Positions 55,588 to 64,000 of a stretch of DNA of 64,000 bases are shown piece after piece. The stretch comes from Eledone cirrhosa (Eukaryota), in assembly GCA_964016885.1 (NCBI GenBank), contig OZ024740.1, forward strand, positions 126,232,001 to 126,296,000, in the 5' to 3' direction. The position numbers were made by a program, and so were the translations under genes. Below the pieces are notes generated by a model that made no database searches, was not told the origin of the DNA, and worked only from the letters and a program-made list of their open reading frames with translations. Each line of letters opens with the position of its first letter. Within the stretch, counting starts at the first letter, position 1.

Positions 55588-55590
<3 letters not shown>
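55254..55590. repeat. Palindromic PLE-derived insert with its axis upstream of the HHR
   Basis: 55256-55325 is approximately the reverse complement of 55351-55425. The left arm stops inside stem II at a TA run. Confidence 0.75.
55398..55448 (+). ncRNA. Minimal hammerhead ribozyme
   Basis: gctgt CTGATGA gatcatgac acag gttatgc GAAA tcgcatg GTC acggt. The upstream context ttattatgtaa..aagctgtctg is shared with the 46565-46586 family. Confidence 0.75.
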
Positions 55591-55657
<67 letters not shown>

Positions 55658-55728
55658 TCTTTTACCTGTTTCAGCCATCCGGCTGAGGCCATGCTGGGGC
55701 ACCGCCCTTGACATGCTGGGGCACCGCC

Positions 55729-55769
<41 letters not shown>

Positions 55770-55772
<3 letters not shown>

Positions 55773-56151
55773 AAAGGTTAACAGAAATAACAACACAACA
55801 CAATCGGTACATTATATAGAAGGGATATATTATGTTAACGCTTGATATAGCGCAAGAAGAGGGTCTTAACGTTTCGGACGCTAGTCCTTCATCAGAAGAA
55901 TGGATGAAAAATAAGTTAGATTGAGGGGACGGGCGGGTTGTAATTGGAAAAAAATTGTCTTTAGATAAAAATACCAGGTCCATTCATGTTGACATATCTA
56001 GCAAAACTGTTGGTGCTGGCGTTTTGTGTATGATTTATTATTTTAGAAAATTGGATGATGGTGCGCGTCTACCTGAAATGGAAAAAAAGTTTTGTAAAAA
56101 GAGCTATTATTGTGCACGCGCGTAAGCATGTGTGTGTGTGTGCGTGTGTGT

Positions 56152-56213
<62 letters not shown>

Positions 56214-56580
56214 TTGTGTATGTGTGTATGTGTGCGTGTGTGTATGTGTGCGTGTGTGCGTGTGTGTATGTGTGTGCATATATAGTCGACCTGCATTAGT
56301 TGTAAGATATTAACGTAAGATACTAATGATCAAGAGAAAGCGATGGGAATCTAGGGGTGTGACAACGGATCGGATATTACAGAAATTGAGAAGATGAGTT
56401 GAGTCCAAGAGGAGAATAGGACCCAAGGCGGTGAATCAGACTTTGTTCAGTCCTGGTGCGCGAGGTCTGTGATCCATGATGTAAAAGGACACCCAGGACT
56501 GAAACATGTAGGGAAGAATGACCAGGAGAACAGAAATGACGGGCGACTGGAGTATCCAAACCGAGTCGTATGTCTCTCAA
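55770..56580 (-). mobile_element. 3' end of a Neptune-like PLE (GIY-YIG C-terminus, microsatellite-containing pLTR, HHR)
   Basis: ORF 56377-56580: TPVARHF..GH..R.RTEQSLIHRLGSYSPLGLN. An HHR follows and the element ends in (TA)n. Confidence 0.8.
55864..55899 (-). ncRNA. Canonical PLE minimal hammerhead ribozyme
   Basis: Minus strand: tctt CTGATGA a ggac tagc gtcc GAAA cg TT aaga. Confidence 0.85.
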
Positions 56581-57331
56581 ATGCTTGGATTTTCTAATTG
56601 GATTACCACCCCGAAACTGTATACCAATTAGGAATACACCCGAACTTCCACCAGGAAATAATTCGTATCATTGAAATTTTCTAAGTTCTTATATACATCG
56701 TTCTCTCAATGTTTATATATTTCTTCAGCAAAACTGTTTGTAATTCTCCTTGGCTTTTCTAAGTCTTATTTTTCATTGATATATAGGTGAAGATTATCTT
56801 CTATGTCAGTCAATATCCAATTTCTATACACACCGTTCAAAGTGCCAATCCTCGACTGAAGAAGTAAATAGTCCCAGTACAATCTTGCTCACTGTGTACT
56901 TATTAGTAAGTCTTCCAACATTTCTGTATGTAGATGATTTGATGTCGATTTTCTCGTTTGCTTAATCCTCATCGATATAAGTTCATAGCTCTAAATATAT
57001 GATGAGTGTTTTGTAAGATTTCGGTGAATCAGGATCTTTACTGGTTATCTTTAAATTAGTATATATTTCTCTACCTCATATATACAGAGAGAGAGATTGA
57101 TACACACACATACACACAAACCCAAACAAACACACACACACACGTGTGTGTGTGTAGGTGTGTGTGTGTGTAAATATATACACACGCATATAATTTATAC
57201 ATTATGTATGAGCACATATCTGTGTCTACAGACCCAAACATTGGCAGTAACTATAACAGGAAGGGGAAATGAAAGAGACGTTATCAAAACAAAAATGGGA
57301 GGATACGATGGGGAAATGCAATCGAGGCACA

Positions 57332-57428
<97 letters not shown>

Positions 57429-57712
57429 AAACATTAAATGAAATATCGAATGATGGAAAATGATCATCCGCTTGAAAAAGATGGAGTATGGATGGAAGTA
57501 AGTAGATAGGCCTGGTAATAAGGATTAATTGTAAGCAAAATACAATGAGTAAGACTAAGAAAACTGTAATTATGAAGAAGGCAGAAGAAGAAGAAGAAGA
57601 TGGTGATGACGTTGATGTTGATGAGGATGATCATGATCATGATGAGGAGGAAGGAGAAAATGATTATGATGGCGATTAGGATTATGTTGGAGGTGAGTTA
57701 GTGATAGAAATA

Positions 57713-57897
57713 ATGGTTTCTACTTTTGGCACAAGGCCAGAAATATCACAGGGTATTACTGGTACTTATTTTATCGACCCCGTAAGGAGGAAAGTCAAAG
57801 TTAACCTCGGCGGGATTTGAACTCATATTATAAAGGGGGGTAACTCTATGCTTCAAAGCATGGCGTCTGACCCTCTACCGATACTGCCAATCCACCT
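57713..57897 (-). mobile_element. tRNA-derived SINE
   Basis: Reverse complement of the 2102-2330 family. Confidence 0.88.
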
Positions 57898-58210
57898 GAG
57901 TGTTGTCAATAATGATGATTATATTGATAATGGTAATGCTGTTACGATGCTAGGAAAAAATAATATGTAGCAATATGTATGAACCAGAATGGTATTAAAA
58001 CTAGCAAAGGTATTAAATATTCAAAATAAACATTGATGATGATGGTGAAGACGATGATAATGATGATTGAGGGAGTAGAATTGTTGCTGTCGTTGCTGTT
58101 GTTGTTGGTGGTAGTAGGTCTAGAATTATCCTGAGTGGTGGCCATTATTATTATAGTCACACAAATACAGGATGATGATGTTAGTGATGGTGAGTATCAT
58201 GATATGATGT

Positions 58211-58242
<32 letters not shown>

Positions 58243-58324
58243 TCGAAGATGCTAATAAAACGGTGAAATACGTGGAGGAGAAACGGAAAGGAAAAGGAGG
58301 AAATAGTCGATAGGAAAAATAGGT

Positions 58325-58400
58325 GAAGAAGAAGAAGAAGAAGAAGAAGAAGAAAAAGAAGAAGAAGAAGAAGAAGAAGAAGAAGAAGAAGAAGAAGAAG
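58325..58400. repeat. (GAA)n microsatellite
   Basis: Direct reading of the sequence. Confidence 0.95.
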
Positions 58401-58644
58401 ATTTCCTGGTTAGAATCTGGTAAATTTTCCAAAGATATTTAAAGCATTCCTGTGGCTAAGACACGGCAGATACGCACTCAATACGAATAGCATACTTAAT
58501 AATCCAAACGTATAACTACTATATAGGAATGAGTATCAGTTCCACAGGAGTTTAAGGACGCACCTGTTGTCCATCATTACAAGCACAAAGGCAATACATA
58601 CGAATGCGAACTCCATCGAGGTACTTCCTTTATGTGTGTTGCCG

Positions 58645-58753
58645 GAAGAAGAAGAAGAAGAAGAAGAAGAAGAAGAAGAAGAAGAAGAAGAAGAAGAAGA
58701 AGAAGAAGAAGAAGAAGAAGAAGAAGAAGAAGAAGAAGAAGAAGAAGAAGAAG

Positions 58754-58783
<30 letters not shown>
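58645..58783. repeat. (GAA)n microsatellite
   Basis: Direct reading of the sequence. Confidence 0.97.
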
Positions 58784-58784
<1 letters not shown>

Positions 58785-59126
58785 CCTGAGATGTTTATAA
58801 ATCTGGGCGCGCAGAACCAAATAAAATGACGGTTGAGTGAAGAATTTATTCTGGCAAATAAACTGTCATGAAACATAGCCAGATGAGTTGGTGAAACGGA
58901 AATGTGCATCTCAGCTGTCATAGACGATAAATAATCAATGGTTTGTTATGTATAAGCCGTTCCTGATCACGATACAGCTATAACCACATATTCACTATAA
59001 TTATAATAGGCATCATTAGCAATTACTATGTATGTGCTTATGTATGTCTTTGCTAATACATATCTCTGTACCAATAATTAGCTGTTGAGCCAATCTTATC
59101 CGCAATCTTATACATATGTACAAATA

Positions 59127-59253
<127 letters not shown>

Positions 59254-59568
59254 AACCCATGTAAATAACACATTGGGGCGTCGAGTATATTGAATTTCTT
59301 AGAAAATGTAGAAAATTTCGAACGGAGAAAATAACTGTGAACTGCAAAAAAAGTTTAGTTCGATTGTTCAGAGAGCTCAACCAGAATAGCAGTTGCTGAC
59401 CACTTTTTCCCATCTACAGTGGTATTTTACCCAATTTTCAATGCTATTATTCATACCAATCATGTGCGATCTCAGATATTTTTTCATTCGTGATTTTTTG
59501 CATTTTCTGCGAATTTAAAACCAGTCGATTCTATGATGGTTTCTTTACAAACGTTATTACATTTAAAG

Positions 59569-59753
59569 GTGGTGGATTGGCAGTATCGTTAGAGGATCGG
59601 ACGCCATGCTTTCACGCATAGAGTTACGGCCCTTGCCATTCTGAGTTCAAATCCCGCCAAGGTTAACCTTTCCTGTCATCCTTACGGGGTCGATAAAATA
59701 AAGTACCAGTAATGCACTGGGTAATTGCTGGCCTTGTGCCTAAAGTAGAAACA
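59569..59753 (+). mobile_element. Full-length tRNA-derived SINE with 16-bp TSD
   Basis: Same family. TSD gttattacatttaaag at 59553-59568 and 59754-59769. Confidence 0.92.
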
Positions 59754-59795
59754 GTTATTACATTTAAAGCTGAATATATAGCTTTCGTTTAGAGC

Positions 59796-60023
59796 AAAGG
59801 TTCCCAACGGGGGGCATACGCCCCTCCCCCCATCCCCCATACCCACAGGGGGGCGTTTGAGGTCTTGGGGACGCTGGAAGCCCCTTTAGTTATATTTGTA
59901 AGTCTCTTAGACAGCCAGTATGAATGCATTTGAATGAAGAAAACGAAGAAAATAAATAAAAGAAGCTTGTCAACGAATTCCCTAGGGAGATAAAAAAATA
60001 AACAAAAAAAATTGAAGAAAATG
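59796..60023. mobile_element. Possible hAT/Charlie-like MITE remnant
   Basis: Starts caaaggttcccaac followed by gggg..cccc..ggggg after a tttagag site. The right end is degenerate. Confidence 0.35.
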
Positions 60024-60215
60024 AACATAAGAACGTCAACGTTGACAACAGTTACAAGAACAACTTCAAGAGAAATGACAACAAAAAGAAGCAATGGCGA
60101 TGAAAGGTTTGGGTGCATAAATATACATACATACGAACATACACACACATGCATACGTACATATATACATACATACATACATACATACATACATACATAC
60201 AAACATACATACATA

Positions 60216-62476
60216 CATCACAGATGAACAAGCAAATAACATCATCACAGATGAACAAGCAGCTGGAAAGAAAGGGTTTGGGGATGTGTTGAACAACTCC
60301 TAATCAACAAAACTGCGATGTCGGAGGTGCGACAACTTTGGAGGAATATGGCTACAGTCTGGCTGGACTACAGGAAAGCTTTCGATTCTGTTCCCCACTC
60401 TTGGATGATAGAGGCCCTCTAACTTGCTAAAGTTCCAGACATTATTGTCAGAGCCATAGAGAGGCTGTCTTATTCATGGGCTACTATCCTAATGTTAAAG
60501 ACAGAGAGGGAGGACTCTATTTTTACTGATAAAATAAAATATTGCAGGGGTATATTTCAGGGGGACAGTCTCTCTGTAATATTATTCATATTGTCATTAA
60601 ACCCCTTGTCCTTTATGCTCAAGAAATGTTAGGGATACATCATTGGCTCACTGGAGGACAGAAATACGAACCTAACTCATGATTTCTTTGTGGACGATCT
60701 GAAAATCTATGTCAAGAACATGGATGGGATTAAGAAAAATCTTGACCTGGTTACAACGTTCTCAAAGGATATAGGAATGGCCAAGATAAATGCTCATACA
60801 TCACTGTAAAGCGGGAGAAAACAACAACCCAATCAAGCATAATTTTCATCAATGGCCTAACTGTTTCACCGATATCTGACGAGGACTGCTACAGATACCT
60901 GGGGATAGATGAGAACATATCCTATAATGGTATCTGTAATAAAGAACGCGTAACCAGGGAATACTACACCCGATTAAGAAAGATCTGGTCATCGGAACTA
61001 TCTGCGCAAAATAAAACAGTGGCTCACAATGTGTTTGCTGTGCCTGTCCTAACACCAACGTTTGGAATACTCAATTGGACGATAGACGAAATCTGAGCAG
61101 TTCATGTTGGAACTCGAAAAATACTAAACAACACCGGAAACTTCCACATCAAATGTGACATAGACCGCCTTTACTTGAAACGTAAGAAGGGAGCTATAGG
61201 CCTAACATCAGTGCAGACAACATTTGCATGTCGCATCATATCTCTCCGACAACATCTACGAACCTCGAAGCGTAGGAGCCAGTTTCTCGAGCAAGTCTAT
61301 CTGCATCAAACAGATAAGATCATGAGAGTTGGGAAGGAACTCCTCGAGAGATGTTCCGTGTGTAATAATCAAAAGCTCACACCCAGAGAAGTCGCTCAGC
61401 AGTATCGCAGTGAATCCATGGATGAAATACTGCATACTTATCAGCAAAAGATCATGCATGGATATGTTGCCAGGAAGCTCCAGAGTGAGAGTAATATAGA
61501 TAAGGAAAGTAGTCTATCTTGGACCAACAACCGCTATATTGGCTCCCACTTTGGAGGATACGCTTTTGCAATCCAAGAACAGGAGATTAACACGAAATAC
61601 CTGATTCACAAAAGAGATAGGGATGCAGGCAAAACCCCTAGATGTGATAACAAGTGCAGACTCTGCAGAACTAACATAGAGGATATCACCCATATCATCC
61701 GCAGCTGTCCACAGTTGTCATCGCGGTACTATCAACCTATGACGCATTATGTAGTGGCCAAAACACTGTACAATGCAGTTCGTAAAAAAGATAGCCACGA
61801 TAATAAACACACTAAAAGCTACAGCAATGTGGAAGACATTCATGTACATAATATGAAAGAGTACTGGCGGAATGTTCCAGTAAAAACCCCAATAAAATGC
61901 AGACACAAAAGACCAGATATTATGATATGGGATAGGGAGAAGAAAGCATGCACAGTAGTGGAAATTAGTTGCCCAGCAGATGCCAATTTAATATCAAGGA
62001 TTAGTGAAAAGGAAATTATTTATGCAGAACTGATGAGACATCTGCAGATACTCCACCCTGATTACACCTTCAGATTTATTCATGTGATTATTGGGGCACT
62101 CGGGTATATTAGTAACTGCCTCAATACAAATCTTGGGAAGCTAGGCTTCACAGGAACAGAAAGAACACAACTAGTTAGGAAATTACAAGTACAATCCATT
62201 AATGGAACAGTAAAAATATGTAAAACATTCCAAACAATTTACATTTAATAACTGCATATACACATGTACAGATGCAAAGCTTATACACCTGCACACATCC
62301 AACTCAAAACATCCACATCCACACATACAATAACATCCATATCTACACATGCATACATACATATCTACCTAGTTGATGATGAGTAAATTCCAATGAGAGA
62401 GTCTTGAGTCTATGTTAGAAACCGACTCTCTCTCTATTGGTAAAACTTTGTGAAATTATAAAAGCAGAAGAACATT
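60216..62476 (+). mobile_element. 5'-truncated R4/Dong-clade LINE inserted in (CATA)n
   Basis: WLDYRKAFDSVPHSW, RGIFQGDSLS, FVDDLK, YRYLG, CRLC..EDITHIIRSC, RPDIMIWD..VVEISCP. (CATA)n lies on both flanks. Confidence 0.92.
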
Positions 62477-62809
62477 CATACATACATACATAAATACATA
62501 CATACATACATACATACATACATACATACATACATACATACATACATACATACATACATACATACACACACACATATATACACACACAGGCCTGCGTTAG
62601 TGTTTGATGAGGTTGAGAACCTGGTCAGATTTCAGCCAGAGCTGTGGTATTTAATCTCCCTAGGTAATAAAATCTGTAGGCAGAATTTTATCCTTACCAA
62701 AAAAAAATAACAAACATAAATATAAATGCATGTATATGTATAAATGTATAAATGCATAGGTATATACATATGTAAATGTCTGTATGTATATATGTATGTA
62801 TGAGATTTT

Positions 62810-63490
62810 GGAAAGCTCTGTGTGTGACAGTATAGAAGCTCTTGTGCTTAAGCAACGACTCCGTTGGAGTGGTCACCTTGCCAGGATGAAGGATTCTAGA
62901 ATACCAAAACAACTCTTTTATGGTGAGATAGTTAAAGGAAAACGACCGCCACATAAACCAAAAAAGAGGTATAAGGATTCCTTGAAAGCCTCTTTGAAAG
63001 AGGCTAACATCTCTGCTGATACATGGGAAAATATTGCTGCTGATCGTAATAAATGGACAAAGACTGTAAATGAGGGAAAAGTTGCCATTGAGGCATCTCG
63101 AATCGCATACGAGAAAGTAAAGCGGGATGTGAGGAAGGGCATTGCTGTTGCACTTCCAGACGGAGAGGGTCCTCCTATGGTGCTGACATGCAGCGTCTGT
63201 GCGAGACTCTGCCTAAGCAAAGCTGGACTCGAAAGTCATCTTCGCAGTCATAAAGTAAGACCAGTGGTTGACTACCAGGCTGCTGTTGGAGATGCTACTC
63301 ATCATGCTTGCCAAGCATGTGGTAGAGAATGTAAATCAGTAGGAGGGATCAAGCGACATGCAAAAGTACATGAACTCCAACCACAGCCGCCTATTCCCAG
63401 TGAATGTTTTGGTTGCCGACTCTGTGCAATACATTTTAGATCATTGGCTGGGCTAAAACGCCACATTCGATCGCAGCGCTGTTAGGTGCT
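62810..63490 (+). mobile_element. RTE-clade LINE 3' fragment with three C-terminal C2H2-type zinc fingers
   Basis: SIEALVLKQRLRWSGHLARM.DSRIPKQLFYGE..KRYKDSLK..WE..A.DR.KW, then CSVC..SHLRSH, CQAC..RHAKVH and CRLC..RHIRSQ. Confidence 0.8.
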
Positions 63491-63735
63491 ATCGTGTGTG
63501 TGTATATATATATGTTTATGTGTGTATGTGTGTGTGTATATATATGTATATGTATATTATTATTGTTGTTGTCGTTATTATTATTGTTGTTGTTATTATT
63601 ATTATTAATGTTATTAATATATATATGTATATATATATTTTTTCTCGTGCAATGGCCATACTCGACAACGAGGGGGCAGCCATAATGTATGTATGTATGT
63701 ATATATATATATATATCTATATATATATATCTATA

Positions 63736-63791
<56 letters not shown>

Positions 63792-63800
<9 letters not shown>

Positions 63801-63953
63801 AATGAATAATAACAGGTAGACATCATAAAAAGGTAATTTATTCCGTGTGCTTACAAGTGTTTCCACGGTGGTACCACCGTGGAAACACTTGTAAGCACAC
63901 GGAATAAATTACCTTTTTATGATGTCTACCTGTTATTATTCATTCTTTATATA
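63792..63953. repeat. Perfect ~162-bp palindrome centred on HHR stem II
   Basis: tttc cacggtggt|accaccgtg GAAA cactt GTA agcac, with mismatch-free arms of ~81 bp. The left arm ends in (TA)n and the right continues to the window end. Confidence 0.92.
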
Positions 63954-64000
63954 CACTCCGGAATACTGAAGGATCAGGAACTAAGTTTCTTGAACAATTC

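Overview
AT-rich, microsatellite-dense animal DNA with one 200-N assembly gap. It is most likely cephalopod/octopus, inferred from the SINE and LINE content and the (TA)n, (CATA)n and (GAA)n load. I can support no host protein-coding exon. The window is almost entirely transposon-derived: two Tx1/L1-clade LINEs (one with an uninterrupted ~1000-codon ORF2 frame), two clear R4/Dong LINEs plus a decayed one, CR1 and RTE fragments, tRNA-derived SINEs with TSDs, two non-autonomous Helitrons, a hAT-like element apparently spanning 13.7 kb, and many Penelope-like element (PLE) remnants carrying minimal hammerhead ribozymes (HHRs). The most striking pattern is a set of short DNA palindromes from several sequence families, embedded in (TA)n tracts. 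Their symmetry axis falls on HHR stem II, so they read ...TTTC-[stem II hairpin]-GAAA-stem III-NUH..., with the CTGANGA half of the ribozyme replaced by an inverted copy of the 3' half. Larger inverted PLE insertions here, one with visible junction microhomology, suggest a twin-priming mechanism in which the ribozyme stem acts as the annealing site for two cDNAs. All assignments were made by eye and no searches were run.
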